Source of the DNA: an uncultured Gammaproteobacteria bacterium
GTDB taxonomy: Bacteria; Patescibacteriota; Patescibacteriia; UBA1558; 2-01-FULL-52-15
Reading direction: 5' to 3'
DNA length: 64,000 nucleotides
Assembly: GCA_964402565.1 (NCBI GenBank)
Contig: CAYOCJ010000002.1
Span: 234,982 to 298,981 of the forward strand
Part shown: piece after piece, positions 19,569-30,559 of the stretch
How positions within the stretch are numbered: position 1 is the stretch's first letter
Layout of the letters: each line of letters starts with the position of its first letter
Notes under the pieces: model-generated
The model's input: only the letters and a program-made list of their open reading frames with translations
What the model was told of the DNA's origin: nothing
Databases searched by the model: none
Position numbers and translations under genes: made by a program

Positions 19569-20750
19569 TTACTCTTTGACTTCAGCTTCCTTTGCTGCCT
19601 TCTCTTTCTTCGTTTCAGTTTTTTCAGCCTTGGCAGTAGCTTTCTCTTTCGCTTTCTTCAGAGACAATCCCAATCGGTGATCATTCGGCTCTATAGATAC
19701 GATCTTGAACGAGTAGGATTCGCCGATCTTCACGACCTCGTCTGGATTCTTGATGGTCTTAGCTGAAAGCTCTGAAATGTGCGCAAGGCCATGGATATCT
19801 TCATCCAGCTCAACGAAAGCGCCGAACGGGTTTGTTTTCAGGATCTTGCCTTTCACGACATCACCGATCTTGTATTTCGCTGCGACTTCTTTCCACGGAT
19901 CGGCCTTCAATTTTTTCATAGAGAGCGAGACCTTGGTGTTCTGGATCGAAATGATCTCTGCCTCGACGACATCGCCGACCTTCACGATCTGTTTCGGGTC
20001 ATCGATGCGCTGCCACGCGAGTTCAGAAATATGGATCAATCCTTCCAACCCGTCGCCGAATTCGATGAATGCGCCGAAATCAACGACGCCCGTGATCTTG
20101 CCTTTCACTTTGTCGCCCACCTTGTACTGGGCGAGGACTGCTTTCTGCTTGTCATCCCAGGCTGCTTTCTCAGAAACGATCAATTTTTCGTCGCGCTCAT
20201 TGACGTCGATGATCTTCGTTTTCATTGCTTTATTCACGAAGGTCTTGAGATAGGCCAGGATCTTATTCTTATCGCCTCCCTCGATACGAGGATAATTTTC
20301 AGTGGTCAGTTGGGAAACCGGAAGGAAGCCGACGACATTGCCGACCTTCACCATGAGGCCGCCTTTATTTGCGTCTACGATCTTGCTCTCGACGACTGAA
20401 CCGTCGCGCATCATCTTTTCGAGTCCGTCCCATGCTTTCTGGTGACCTGCCTGGCGGAAGGAGAGTTCCATTTCGCCGCGTTCATTCTCAAGCTCGACGA
20501 CCGTTGCAATAGCCCGGTCGCCTACTTTTAGACCGGATGAATTATCGCTTTCATCCTCCAATTCTTTACCGCGGATCACACCGGTCGTAAGACCTGCAAT
20601 ATCGAGATAGACCTCGCTTTTTGAAGCGCTGATCACCGTTCCCTCGACGAGATCGCCGGGCTTAGGGAAATTAAGAGAATCCCCTTTACTTTTTAAGAGT
20701 AAATCCATTTCACGGACTTGCTCTTTTTCTTCGTGTACTTTCGTAGTCAT
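19569..20750 (-). CDS. rpsA: 30S ribosomal protein S1
   Basis: 393 aa with four repeated S1 domains (G..V.G.V.....GAFV.L..G..GL.HISE pattern), Lys/Glu-rich tail. Confidence 0.85.
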   Translation of the reverse strand: MTTKVHEEKEQVREMDLLLKSKGDSLNFPKPGDLVEGTVISASKSEVYLDIAGLTTGVIRGKELEDESDNSSGLKVGDRAIATVVELENERGEMELSFRQAGHQKAWDGLEKMMRDGSVVESKIVDANKGGLMVKVGNVVGFLPVSQLTTENYPRIEGGDKNKILAYLKTFVNKAMKTKIIDVNERDEKLIVSEKAAWDDKQKAVLAQYKVGDKVKGKITGVVDFGAFIEFGDGLEGLIHISELAWQRIDDPKQIVKVGDVVEAEIISIQNTKVSLSMKKLKADPWKEVAAKYKIGDVVKGKILKTNPFGAFVELDEDIHGLAHISELSAKTIKNPDEVVKIGESYSFKIVSIEPNDHRLGLSLKKAKEKATAKAEKTETKKEKAAKEAEVKE

Positions 20751-20990
20751 ATTGTTTTGGCTTCGCCCGGACCTTAAGATCCGACCGATGCCGATTAACC
20801 TATAGCTATGGGCTATAAGTTCTTATCAGGACCCAGGTGGCCCTGAAAGATCATTAATTAAGAAGCCGGCATACTGTACCTCAGTTCATGTATTTTGGCA
20901 AGTATGCTGGTGTTTCCCTCAGAAATGATGTTTTTAAAAAAAGCGCCCTGCCGCTCTCTTCGTCGCGTTTCGCGGGAAGTGAGGGCAGGG

Positions 20991-22061
20991 TTAGTAGATA
21001 TCGTCAAAGGTACCTTTAGGTGTACTGGTCGCATTCCCTTTCAGGAATCGCTTATTCCATTCAGCCGTTTCTTGTTCACGTTTTTTCTTGAGTTCCTGGC
21101 TCGCTTCGAGCAATGCTTGCTCTTTTTCTTTTTGAGCCTGGATCGCTCGTTCTTTCTCTCTTTCATTTCTCTTTTTGGCGCGCATCTGGACGATCGCCCG
21201 TGCAAGAAGCGGTTTTGCGGCCGCTTCGATTTGCCGGACACTTTCTCGTGTCACGTTGAGAGCTCTGGCGATCTCAGCATACGTGTATGTAGCGTTTCCC
21301 TTGAGACCGAAGCGGTGTTGAAGAACGAATCGCTGTCGGGGGCTTAATTTTTTTAAGCCCTCGTTGATTTCTCGATCAGCGTCTTGCTCTTCGATGACCG
21401 TAACCTGTTCGTTCAACTTTGGGCCGGCAAGAGTGTCGCCAATTTTGAAGTCGTCTTCGTGTCCGTGAATCGGCTCTTCCAGCTGCACTACCTTACGGTG
21501 CGCGAGTTGAAGAAGATTGCTTATCTTCAGGCTCACCTTCTCCAATCGAGCAGCTAGATCTTCAGACTTAGGGTTGCTCTCAAGCTCTTGCAGTAAGGAG
21601 CGTTCGTATTGCCGCAATGACGCCAGCCGGATGCGTTGTCCGACCGGTACGCGGATCGTCTCTACTTTCTCCGAAAGAGTTATTTTGATCTGTTTCCTGA
21701 CCCACCAGACCGCATAGGTCGTGAATTTGTTATTGTGGATCGAGGGGTTGAACCGCGTCGCTGCTTCCATGGCGCCGAGCATGGCCTCATTCACAAGGTC
21801 ATCCACCGAGAGACCTAAACCCTGATATTCTCTCGCAACCTGGATGAAGTAGCGAACATTGTGCAGCACGAGCAGCTGAAAAGCATTAAGGTTGCCGGCT
21901 TGTCCTTGCCGGGCAAGCTCGGCCTCCTCTTCCTTTGAGAGTATTTGGAGATGGCGTGTTGCTTTCATGATGAAGCTGATGCTGCCTTGAGAAATCTCAA
22001 TGCTAGCGCTTCGATCAGATGCCTTGCGAGGCGTCAGATCATCGAGTTTTTTGATGCTCAT
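20991..22061 (-). CDS. RNA polymerase sigma-70 family factor with Lys/Glu-rich C-terminal extension
   Basis: Region 2 (NVRYFIQVAREYQGLGLSVDDLVNEAMLGAMEAATRFNP...YAVWWVRKQI), region 4 HTH (YTYAEIARALNVTRESVRQIE), then a ~70-aa KE-rich tail. Terminator-like hairpin downstream at ~20935-20985. Confidence 0.85.
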   Translation of the reverse strand: MSIKKLDDLTPRKASDRSASIEISQGSISFIMKATRHLQILSKEEEAELARQGQAGNLNAFQLLVLHNVRYFIQVAREYQGLGLSVDDLVNEAMLGAMEAATRFNPSIHNNKFTTYAVWWVRKQIKITLSEKVETIRVPVGQRIRLASLRQYERSLLQELESNPKSEDLAARLEKVSLKISNLLQLAHRKVVQLEEPIHGHEDDFKIGDTLAGPKLNEQVTVIEEQDADREINEGLKKLSPRQRFVLQHRFGLKGNATYTYAEIARALNVTRESVRQIEAAAKPLLARAIVQMRAKKRNEREKERAIQAQKEKEQALLEASQELKKKREQETAEWNKRFLKGNATSTPKGTFDDIY

Positions 22062-22248
22062 TTTGCCTCCAGGAAAGGGTTAGCTGCGCCTTCGTTTTTT
22101 GCAAAGAACTGGTACCGATAACTTCTACTATAGTTGGGCTATTTTAGCAAGTATTTACAAGGGTTTTTGGGGCCTTTAAACCTGTTTACTTTCCGTTTTT
22201 TTTATGCTACTATTATATGGTTAAAATTAGGTTTTCATATACTTTTTT

Positions 22249-22845
22249 ATGCAAATTTCGTGGTTAGGATATGGTGCGTTCCGGCTGCAAAGCGACGGCA
22301 CCGTTGTCATGATAAATCCAGTTGATCCCGCATACGGATTTAAGATAAATAAGCAGGGAGCAGATATTGTGATTACCACATCTGTCTCCGCAGAAGCACG
22401 CGAGGCCATCAGCGGATCGCCTTTTGTCATTGATGGGCCCGGCGAATATGAAGTAAAGTCTGTGTTCACCTACGGCGTAGCAAACAATGGATCGACGCTC
22501 TATATGATAAAAATGGACGATATCAGCGTTGCCTATATCGGCGCTATGAAACTGAAAGAATTGACTGATAAAGAACTTTCCGTACTAGAAGGCGCTGATA
22601 TTTTGATAGTACCGGTCGGCGGCGGTTCAGTGAACGGCCCGAAAGAAGCGGCAACGATCATCAACCAGATCGAGCCCCGCATCGTGATCCCGGCATATTT
22701 CAAGATCTCGGGGAGCAAAGGCTTAGAAAGCGTCGAGTCATTCCTGAAAGAGTACTCAGCGCCGCATGAGGCAATGGATAAACTGAAGATCAGCAAGAAA
22801 GATCTGATGTCAGAGGATACGAAAGTAGTAGTACTAAAGAATTAA
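22249..22845 (+). CDS. MBL-fold (UPF0173-like) protein, metal-binding HxHxDH motif apparently degenerate
   Basis: [13 protein letters not shown]...MINP pattern of the UPF0173 metallo-beta-lactamase fold. Expected HxHxDH region reads TTSVSAE. Confidence 0.5.
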   Translation: MQISWLGYGAFRLQSDGTVVMINPVDPAYGFKINKQGADIVITTSVSAEAREAISGSPFVIDGPGEYEVKSVFTYGVANNGSTLYMIKMDDISVAYIGAMKLKELTDKELSVLEGADILIVPVGGGSVNGPKEAATIINQIEPRIVIPAYFKISGSKGLESVESFLKEYSAPHEAMDKLKISKKDLMSEDTKVVVLKN

Positions 22846-22846
22846 C

Positions 22847-25330
22847 ATGGCGAAACCGAAAAAAACAATTGTGACTCCGGAACTGGAGGCGCCAAAGCAT
22901 CAGGTGTCAGAGCAATCCATCGTTCAGGAGATGGAAGTTTCGTATCTGGACTATGCGATGAGCGTTATCGTGTCGCGTGCATTGCCGGATGTGCGTGATG
23001 GCTTGAAGCCGGTACATCGCAGAATTCTCTATGCGATGTGGACCTTGGGTTTGCGGGCGGGAGGTCGTTTCAGAAAGTCGGCAACGGTTGTCGGTGAAGT
23101 GCTTGGTAAATATCATCCGCATGGCGACTCGGCAGTTTATGACTCCATGGTGCGCATGGCGCAGGACTTCGCTTTGCGCTATCCGCTTGTACATGGGCAA
23201 GGCAACTTCGGTTCGATGGACGGCGACAATGCGGCTGCTATGCGTTATACCGAAGCAAAGCTGTTTGGCATTGCTGAAGAAATGCTTTTTGACATTGAGA
23301 AGAATACGGTTAATTTCGTTCCGAATTATGACAATTCTCAGAAAGAGCCTGAAGTATTACCAGCGAAACTGCCAAACTTACTCTTGAATGGCGGTGTTGG
23401 CATTGCGGTCGGTATGGCCACCAGCATTCCGCCGCATAATTTGCGAGAATTGATCGGCGCCATACAATGCCTGATAAAAAATCCTGACGCTTCGATCGAT
23501 GACTTGATGGAATTCGTGAAAGGCCCTGATTTCCCGACTGGCGGCGTCATTTATGACATCAGGGAGATCAAAGCAGCCTTTGCCACAGGGAAGGGTAAGA
23601 TCGTGATGCGCGGCGAAGCTGAGATCTCTGAGCTGAAGAACGGGCAATTCGTTATTATCATTACCTCCGTTCCGTATCAGGTGAACAAAGCTTCGATGAT
23701 TGAGAGAATGGCAGAGCTGGTCCGTGATAAGAAAATCGAAGGCATCAAAGACATCCGTGACGAATCGAACAAGGATGGCGTCCGTATCGTCATTGAACTC
23801 AAGAAAGATACCTATCCGAAGAAGATCCTGAACAACCTCTACAAGTATACCCAGCTGCAGGAGTCATTTCACGTGAACATGCTTGCATTGGTGGACGGCA
23901 TCCAGCCGCGCGTCCTTACGCTAAAAACTGCCCTTGAAGAATATATCAAGTATCGCAAGGAAGTGGTCCGTAAGCGAACGCAATTTGACCTGGATAAAGC
24001 AAAGGATAGGGCTCATATACTCGAGGGTTTGTGTATTGCCCTGGATAAGATCGACGCAGTCATCAAGGTCATCCGCGCTTCGAAGGATAAGGATGTCGCG
24101 AAGACGAACTTGATGCAGAAGTTCAAGCTGACCGAGCGTCAGGCCGTTGCGATCCTGGAAATGCGTCTGCAGAACCTGGCAAATCTCGAACGCTTGAAGA
24201 TCGAGGGTGAATTGAAAGAAAAAAATGCCTTGATCAAGGAATTAGAATCTATCCTGAAGAGCCCTGCAAAGATCACGAAGGTTATTTCAGATGATCTGGA
24301 GGCCATGGGAGAGAAGTATGGCGATGAACGAAGGACCAAGGTGGTGAAATCGGCGGTTGGCGAAATGTCTACCGAAGATCTGATCCCGAATGAATCGACC
24401 ATTGTGACCATCACGCATGATGGGTATATCAAACGGTTGTCTCCGGACACGTTCAAGTCACAAGGGCGCGGCGGCAAAGGTGTTATCGGCCTCACCACGA
24501 AAGAAGAAGACGAAGTCGAACATTTCTTCAGCACGAATACGCATAATGACCTGATGTTCTTCACGAGCCGCGGCCGCGTATTCCAGCTCAAGACCTATGA
24601 AATTCCACAGGCATCACGAACAGCAAAGGGACAGAACATCGTGAATTTCCTCCAGCTCGGGCCGGAAGAGAAAGTAAGTTCTGTGTTGACCGGCGAAGAT
24701 TTCTCGGCATTCAAATTCTTCATCATGGTGACGCGGGCCGGTGTTATCAAGAAAGTAGAGATCGAGAAATTCTCTAATGTACGCCGTTCAGGCTTGATCG
24801 CTTTGAAATTAAAGGGCGACGACACATTGGAATGGGTGAAGATGTCTGCAGGCAATGATGACATCATGCTCATCTCACACGATGGCCAGGCAATCCGGTT
24901 CAAAGAGAAGATGTTGCGGCCCATGGGCAGGAATGCTTCCGGCGTGCGCGGTATGCGCCTCAGGAAAGGCGATACGATCGTTGGCATGGATTTGGTCGCT
25001 GACGGCAAGGCAAAGCCATCGGAGCAGTTGATGACGGTTATGGCCAATGGCTTCGGCAAGCGCACTAAGCTCAGTGAATATAAAGTACAAGGCAGAGGAG
25101 GCTCTGGCATCAAGACAGCTCAAATTACTTCAAAGACCGGTCCTATCAGCGCGGCCATGGTTGTCGATGGCAGCCGAGAAAAGGAAGATCTTATTATCAT
25201 TTCGAAAATGGGCCAGGTCATTCGCCTGCCTATCGGTTCGGTGAATAGCTCCGGACGCGCAACGCAGGGTGTACGGCTCATGCGTTTCAAGGATGCGAAG
25301 GATCAGATCTCCAGCGTGGTGCTGATTTAA
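22847..25330 (+). CDS. gyrA: DNA gyrase subunit A
   Basis: 827 aa. [48 protein letters not shown] (QRDR), active-site [11 protein letters not shown]-terminal beta-pinwheel repeats. Confidence 0.95.
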   Translation: MAKPKKTIVTPELEAPKHQVSEQSIVQEMEVSYLDYAMSVIVSRALPDVRDGLKPVHRRILYAMWTLGLRAGGRFRKSATVVGEVLGKYHPHGDSAVYDSMVRMAQDFALRYPLVHGQGNFGSMDGDNAAAMRYTEAKLFGIAEEMLFDIEKNTVNFVPNYDNSQKEPEVLPAKLPNLLLNGGVGIAVGMATSIPPHNLRELIGAIQCLIKNPDASIDDLMEFVKGPDFPTGGVIYDIREIKAAFATGKGKIVMRGEAEISELKNGQFVIIITSVPYQVNKASMIERMAELVRDKKIEGIKDIRDESNKDGVRIVIELKKDTYPKKILNNLYKYTQLQESFHVNMLALVDGIQPRVLTLKTALEEYIKYRKEVVRKRTQFDLDKAKDRAHILEGLCIALDKIDAVIKVIRASKDKDVAKTNLMQKFKLTERQAVAILEMRLQNLANLERLKIEGELKEKNALIKELESILKSPAKITKVISDDLEAMGEKYGDERRTKVVKSAVGEMSTEDLIPNESTIVTITHDGYIKRLSPDTFKSQGRGGKGVIGLTTKEEDEVEHFFSTNTHNDLMFFTSRGRVFQLKTYEIPQASRTAKGQNIVNFLQLGPEEKVSSVLTGEDFSAFKFFIMVTRAGVIKKVEIEKFSNVRRSGLIALKLKGDDTLEWVKMSAGNDDIMLISHDGQAIRFKEKMLRPMGRNASGVRGMRLRKGDTIVGMDLVADGKAKPSEQLMTVMANGFGKRTKLSEYKVQGRGGSGIKTAQITSKTGPISAAMVVDGSREKEDLIIISKMGQVIRLPIGSVNSSGRATQGVRLMRFKDAKDQISSVVLI

Positions 25331-25360
25331 AAGTCATCTAAAGTGTGCTAAAGTAACTGT

Positions 25361-25759
25361 ATGAAACTTCGTGCAGATACTATCATCGCGTCATTTGTAG
25401 TAGCGCTGTTTTCGTCTTTTCTGACTGCTTTAGCGGTGCTTCTGGTCCGCACCTTGTCGATATCTACGTTCAAGATCAAATTTTTAGGCGATCTGGTAGC
25501 AAATATCTATATCTTATTTTTCCTGAGCGGGTTCGTGTTTTTTAAAGGCTCAAGTATCGCAGCCTGGCTTGTCTATCGCCATGACGTTGCATGGGGGTAT
25601 AAGCTTGAAATGGGCAAGGTTATGCCGATCTTCATACTTTCATTTACCATGGCTGTCTCGATCTATCTCGCCATCTATTTTTATCTGGCGACGGAAATCA
25701 AATTTCTGTCCTACGTGGAAAACCCGCGAGCTCTCATACAACACCAGCAAAAACTGTAG
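25361..25759 (+). CDS. Hypothetical membrane protein (132 aa)
   Basis: Four hydrophobic helices, no motif. Confidence 0.45.
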   Translation: MKLRADTIIASFVVALFSSFLTALAVLLVRTLSISTFKIKFLGDLVANIYILFFLSGFVFFKGSSIAAWLVYRHDVAWGYKLEMGKVMPIFILSFTMAVSIYLAIYFYLATEIKFLSYVENPRALIQHQQKL

Positions 25760-25825
25760 TTCTTGTGTACATCGCGTCTTGCCGATGCGTGCTGAGCATG
25801 CTAGGCTTTGGGCACATGAACGGTA

Positions 25826-26884
25826 TTGATTATGGCAGATAGCACTGACACATTATCAGTAGAAGATAAGCAGCTGCTCAATGCACGCGAGCTGAAGGAG
25901 GACAAGACCTGGGATCTGACTTTGCGTCCGAGGTCATTGAACGATTATATCGGCCAGGACCAGGTCAAGGAGAATCTGAAGATCTTTCTGGCTGCAGCGA
26001 AAAAACGCGGGGAGCCTATTGAGCATGTGCTTGTCTATGGACCTCCTGGTCTGGGTAAAACTACCCTTGCGCACATCATCGCAAAAGAAATGGACGCTGC
26101 TATCCGCGTCACGTCTGGGACTGCGGTGACAAAAGCCGGCGACCTTGCTGCATTGCTTACGAATTTACAGGAAGGCGATATCCTTTTCATTGATGAGATC
26201 CATCGATTGCCAAAGAATATAGAGGAAGTGCTCTATCCAGCCATGGAGGATTTTGTACTCGATATTGTCTTGGGCAAAGGACCCTCGGCGCAGGTCGTGC
26301 GGCTGAATTTGCCCCGCTTTACGATCATAGGCGCTACGACTCGCTACAATTTGCTTTCGTCGCCGCTGCGCGACCGTTTCGGGGTGACCTATCGACTGGA
26401 TTTTTACCGCAAGGAAGATATTGCGCATATCATCAAGCGTTCAGCTCAGCTGCTCGGCATCAAAATTGACGATGAAGCTGCTCAGGAGATCTCGAAACGC
26501 AGCCGCGCAACCCCGCGCGTGGCAAATCGCATCTTGAAGCGGGTCAGAGACTTCTCGCAGGTGAAAGGTGATGGAGCGCGGATCACCGAGGCTCAGGTCA
26601 AATCGGCGCTCGACATGCTTGCCGTCGATCACATGGGCTTAGAAGAGCTCGACCGGAAAGTGCTGCGCGCTATTGTCGAGCATTTCAACGGCGGGCCAGT
26701 AGGCCTTTCCAATGTAGCAGCCATCGTGCAGGAAGATTCGGGCACTATAGAGGAAGTGTATGAGCCATATTTGATGCAGCTGGGTTTTCTTGCGCGCACT
26801 TCGCGCGGACGCGTCGTAACCGAGCGCGGCTACGAGCATATCGGAGTAAAACCGCCAACCGATCTGAGTACCCGTTTACTCTAA
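25826..26884 (+). CDS. ruvB: Holliday junction branch-migration ATPase RuvB
   Basis: [38 protein letters not shown] Walker [12 protein letters not shown]-terminal winged helix. Confidence 0.95.
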   Translation: MIMADSTDTLSVEDKQLLNARELKEDKTWDLTLRPRSLNDYIGQDQVKENLKIFLAAAKKRGEPIEHVLVYGPPGLGKTTLAHIIAKEMDAAIRVTSGTAVTKAGDLAALLTNLQEGDILFIDEIHRLPKNIEEVLYPAMEDFVLDIVLGKGPSAQVVRLNLPRFTIIGATTRYNLLSSPLRDRFGVTYRLDFYRKEDIAHIIKRSAQLLGIKIDDEAAQEISKRSRATPRVANRILKRVRDFSQVKGDGARITEAQVKSALDMLAVDHMGLEELDRKVLRAIVEHFNGGPVGLSNVAAIVQEDSGTIEEVYEPYLMQLGFLARTSRGRVVTERGYEHIGVKPPTDLSTRLL

Positions 26885-26888
26885 CTAT

Positions 26889-27131
26889 ATGGCATCATTT
26901 GAAACACCAGAGGATCATGTTCGGGAGCAATTCGAATTAAGCATCGCAGCTTCTCAGCGACGTATCGATGCAGCCAATGATGCGCTCAGGGGTTCTCTGA
27001 GCGAAGGCGAACGAATCCGCATGGCACAAGAACTGCACGAAGCAACGCTTGAACTTCGCGGGTTTCAGGAAACGCTTGATAGCATGTATGGAGAAAAACC
27101 AGCAGAGCAGGAAACTGAGGTTTCAGGCTAG
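26889..27131 (+). CDS. Hypothetical small protein (80 aa)
   Basis: Acidic helical protein immediately after ruvB, no motif. Confidence 0.4.
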   Translation: MASFETPEDHVREQFELSIAASQRRIDAANDALRGSLSEGERIRMAQELHEATLELRGFQETLDSMYGEKPAEQETEVSG

Positions 27132-27830
27132 TTTCGGCAATGCGTCGGTAATGACGTGGTACTGGTTCCAATTCATCGGGTTCACGAGTACCTGAATGGA
27201 TTTTTCTTGTAAGTAGGGACTGGGATCATATGGCAGTCCGTCGCTCATAAAGATATATACTTTATTGTCTGTAGGGTTTAAATATTGCGCTCGAATTTGC
27301 CACGCGACGGTGTGTGAAGAAAATGAACCCTGCGGTGTGGAGGTTATGGGCTGTATGTCCATGACTGTTGCAGTAATGCGTGTTCCGGTCGACTCAAGTT
27401 GCTGCACTTCCTTTTTACGTTTATGGAGAAATAGAATGAAGAATGAAGTAATTCCAATGAGTATAATGCCAACAATGGTCATAACGACAGAGCTCGTGTA
27501 TGCGCCAAGAGCATTATTTTTAATCATTGCGTTTCGAGGATTTACCGGATCGTAAAGAATTTCAAGCATCGTACCGACAGGGTAATCAGGAGTATTCTGA
27601 GCAGTAAATCGTTCGGGCTCATTATTTTGCAGTTGAAATTCAATGATCGAATTATACGTAATTTTATCCTTAGTACTCTGTCGATCAACTAGTACAACCT
27701 TTCCATTGGTCGTAATTCCAATTTTTTGCAGTCGTTGAACGTTTAGATACCCTGAAATACCAAAATAAATAAAAAGACCAGCGATTGCAATGAAAAAAAA
27801 TGCCCCGGCGTGGCTGTAGATTTTTTTCAT
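27123..27830 (-). CDS. Hypothetical two-TM membrane protein (DUF3592-like)
   Basis: N-terminal TM, beta-rich domain, central TM, second beta-rich domain. Confidence 0.45.
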   Translation of the reverse strand: MKKIYSHAGAFFFIAIAGLFIYFGISGYLNVQRLQKIGITTNGKVVLVDRQSTKDKITYNSIIEFQLQNNEPERFTAQNTPDYPVGTMLEILYDPVNPRNAMIKNNALGAYTSSVVMTIVGIILIGITSFFILFLHKRKKEVQQLESTGTRITATVMDIQPITSTPQGSFSSHTVAWQIRAQYLNPTDNKVYIFMSDGLPYDPSPYLQEKSIQVLVNPMNWNQYHVITDALPKLA

Positions 27831-27845
27831 AGGTGAAATGTTTAT

Positions 27846-28910
27846 TTAGGCATTAAAGTGGAAATGCACTACGTCGCCATCCTGGATGACATAGTCCTTC
27901 CCTTCCATGCGTAGTGTACCCAATTCCTTCGCCTTCGTCCACGAACCGGCATTGAGCAGCGCCTGACAATTGATGACCTCGGCCCGGATAAAACCTTTTT
28001 CAAAATCAGTATGAATGACGCCAGCTGCCTGTGGCGCTTTTGATCCACGGACCACGGTCCATGCTTTGCTTTCCATAGGACCGGTCGTGATGAAACTGAT
28101 CAGACGGAGGAGTTTGTAACTTTTTGCGATCAATTGATTGAGGCCTGTATCTGCAATACCAAGCTCTTTCAAAAAGTTCGGCAACTCTTCAGCCGGGACT
28201 TCTGCCAGTTCAGATTCCAGCTTGGCGCAGATCTTTACAGCGTTAGCAGGCATCGGGATATCTTTCTTCAGCTCTTCTTCACTGACATTATAGGCATAGA
28301 TGAGCGGTTTCAGGCTCAGAAGTTTATATTGCTTCAGGACAATGCGCTCCTCATCGGACCAGTCGACATTATAGAGCATTCGATGCTCTTTAAGATTTTT
28401 CACGACCTTCTCGAGTAATTCGTCTTCAGCGATCAGGTCAGCAGTTTTTGGCCCTTTGAGCTGGTCTTTCACTCGGGCAAGTCGCTTCTCGACGATTTCT
28501 AAATCTGCGATCATGAGTTCGAGGTTAATGACCTGGGTGTCTTCTTCAGGATTCACCTTTCCGTGCACATGTATCACATTGGGATCCTGGAAAGTCCTGA
28601 CTACTTGCACCAAAGCATCTACTTCGCGGATATGGCTCAAGAATTTATTTCCTAAACCCTCTCCCTGCGATGCTCCTTTCACTAAACCGGCTATATCGAC
28701 GAATTCGATGGTCGTCGGCACTATTTTTTCAGATTTAGAAAGCACGGCCAGCTGGTCCAGTCGTTCGTCCGGCACGGCGACAACGCCGACATTCGGATCG
28801 ATAGTGCAGAACGGATAATTGGCCGCGTCGACTTTCTTTTTTGTCAGTGCCTGAAACAAGGTCGATTTACCGACATTGGGCAGTCCTATGATTCCGAGTT
28901 GTAAGGCCAT
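27846..28910 (-). CDS. ychF: Ribosome-binding ATPase YchF (Obg-family GTPase)
   Basis: MALQLGIIGLPNVGKSTLFQALT G1 motif, DIAGLVKGAS G3, NVDWSDEE, C-terminal TGS domain. Start moved to the Met of MALQLGII (about 28910); the ORF track start at 29060 adds 50 non-conserved residues. Confidence 0.9.
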   Translation of the reverse strand: MALQLGIIGLPNVGKSTLFQALTKKKVDAANYPFCTIDPNVGVVAVPDERLDQLAVLSKSEKIVPTTIEFVDIAGLVKGASQGEGLGNKFLSHIREVDALVQVVRTFQDPNVIHVHGKVNPEEDTQVINLELMIADLEIVEKRLARVKDQLKGPKTADLIAEDELLEKVVKNLKEHRMLYNVDWSDEERIVLKQYKLLSLKPLIYAYNVSEEELKKDIPMPANAVKICAKLESELAEVPAEELPNFLKELGIADTGLNQLIAKSYKLLRLISFITTGPMESKAWTVVRGSKAPQAAGVIHTDFEKGFIRAEVINCQALLNAGSWTKAKELGTLRMEGKDYVIQDGDVVHFHFNA

Positions 28911-29151
28911 AGTTCGAGTAAATAACGTGAGCAGTGTACGTTTCGACGGGGCTTTTGTCAATCCAATTGCTACGGCGAGCATCAAAGATGTTTTTTGAAT
29001 TTGAGCCGTCACGACGGCGCTTGACTGATTCATAAGAATACAGTATTCTGCAACGTTCATTGCTAGTGTTCAAACGAACCAAAGCCACGATCCTTTACAA
29101 GACCAATAAAGCTACGAAACGCATCAATACCGATGCCAGAGAGGATGAGTC

Positions 29152-30468
29152 ATGAATCAAATCAGACCGGACACGCGGAAACCGGTGAAAGCCTCGGAGC
29201 TCGCCGGTATGGCGGGACGGTGTGTCGAGGTTACCGGCTTTGTCCATCAGATCCGTAAGGTCGGTGGACTCCACTTCGTACTTCTCAGGACCAATGACTC
29301 GGTGATTCAGTGCACCAACGAGCCTGCGGAGAGCACGGTTGATCCTGCTCGCTACACGGTCGGCAACTATGTTGTTGTTCGCGGTGTCGTGAGAGCTGAA
29401 GAGCAGGCCCGTCATGGGGCCGAAATCGTGCTCAGCGAAATCGATGTGCTGACTTTGCCGACAGCTTTGCCGCCGTTCGCTCTCAACAAGAAGGAACTTA
29501 AAGCCGAACTGGGGGCTATACTGGACTATCGTCCGGTCAGTCTCCGCCACTCGAAGCAGCGGGCAATCTTCAGAGTCCAGGCAGCTCTGGCTCAGCTGTT
29601 TCGCGAAGCACTGCTCGCAGTTGGGTTCACCGAGATCCATTCACCCAAAATCGTCTTCGCTGGAGCCGAAGGCGGCGCAAACGTCTTTAAGCTCGACTAC
29701 TTCGGGGAGACGGTCTGTCTTGCACAGAGCCCACAGTTCTACAAGCAGATGATGGTCGGGGTTTATGGCCGAGTGTGCGAGATCGGGCCTGTTTTCAGGG
29801 CTGAGAGCCACTCGACATCGCGCCATCTGAATGAGTACATGTCGCTCGACTTGGAGATGGGACCGATTGCAGGTTTCACGGATGTCATGGCGGTCGAGGC
29901 ATATGTCATTCAGCACATGCTTTCTCGGATCAGCGAGCTGTGTCCGCAGGAACTGGAGTTGCTCGAAGCGAAGGTTCCGAAGATCGAGTCGATTCCCGCC
30001 ATAAGGATGTCCGAAGCGCTTGATATCGTCGGCAGATCCAGAACCGAGTATGATCGGACGGATCTTGACGCTGAGGGCGAACGGCTCGTCTGTGGGCATG
30101 TACAGGAACAGACCGGAAGCGAATTTGTCTTCGTGACCCACTATCCGCGGTCGAAGCGGCCGGTCTACGCCATGGACGATCCCGAGGATCCGGAGCTGAC
30201 ACTCAGTTTCGACTTGCTCTTCAGGGGGCTCGAGATCACGACTGGTGGCCAGCGGATTCACGGGTACGACGAGCAGGTTCAGAAGCTCAAAGATTTTGGC
30301 ATGAAGCCAGGCCAATTCGAGAGCTTCCTGCTCATGCACAAGCACGGCATGCCGCCGCACGGCGGCCTCGCCATCGGACTGGAACGCCTGACGATGCTTC
30401 TGCTGGGACTGTCCAGCGTCAAGGAGACGAGTCTCTTCCCGAGGACCGTCGATCGCATCACACCGTAG
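29152..30468 (+). CDS. aspS: Aspartate--tRNA ligase, archaeal/eukaryotic type (AspRS2-like), in a GC-rich insert
   Basis: 438 aa. N-terminal OB fold (VEVTGFVHQIRKVGGLHFVLLR), QSPQFYKQ aspartate-recognition motif, motif 2 FRAESHSTSRHLNEY, motif 3 GMPPHGGLAIGLERL, C-terminal ...LFPRTVDRITP. Collinear with Pyrococcus/Thermococcus AspRS over its whole length. Local GC clearly above backbone. Confidence 0.85.
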   Translation: MNQIRPDTRKPVKASELAGMAGRCVEVTGFVHQIRKVGGLHFVLLRTNDSVIQCTNEPAESTVDPARYTVGNYVVVRGVVRAEEQARHGAEIVLSEIDVLTLPTALPPFALNKKELKAELGAILDYRPVSLRHSKQRAIFRVQAALAQLFREALLAVGFTEIHSPKIVFAGAEGGANVFKLDYFGETVCLAQSPQFYKQMMVGVYGRVCEIGPVFRAESHSTSRHLNEYMSLDLEMGPIAGFTDVMAVEAYVIQHMLSRISELCPQELELLEAKVPKIESIPAIRMSEALDIVGRSRTEYDRTDLDAEGERLVCGHVQEQTGSEFVFVTHYPRSKRPVYAMDDPEDPELTLSFDLLFRGLEITTGGQRIHGYDEQVQKLKDFGMKPGQFESFLLMHKHGMPPHGGLAIGLERLTMLLLGLSSVKETSLFPRTVDRITP

Positions 30469-30487
30469 CGGAACTTGGTCTTGTTTT

Positions 30488-30524
30488 CAGGGGCAGCCTG
30501 CGTGGTTGCCCCTGTTTCTTTTTC
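30488..30524 (+). terminator. Rho-independent terminator after aspS
   Basis: aggggca-N11-tgcccct followed by GTTTCTTTTTC. Confidence 0.55.
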
Positions 30525-30537
30525 AAATGAACCAGCG

Positions 30538-30546
30538 TGGTATAAT
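30538..30546 (+). promoter_or_regulatory. Extended -10 promoter element (TGgTATAAT) for the paralog-B operon, near-leaderless
   Basis: gtggtataat about 14 nt upstream of ATG 30560. No SD. Confidence 0.4.
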
Positions 30547-30559
30547 AACGTAACTAAAT

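Noticed and set aside
28911-29060. 50-residue N-terminal extension of ychF in the ORF track
   Set aside because: The canonical YchF N-terminus (M..GIIGLPNVGKST) starts at the internal Met. The extension is not conserved-looking.
29095-30461. Minus-strand ORFs 29095..29640, 29641..30360, 29930..30202 inside aspS
   Set aside because: GC-rich DNA gives long open antisense frames. The plus-strand product aligns end-to-end with archaeal-type AspRS, and the antisense products are Arg/Pro-rich nonsense.
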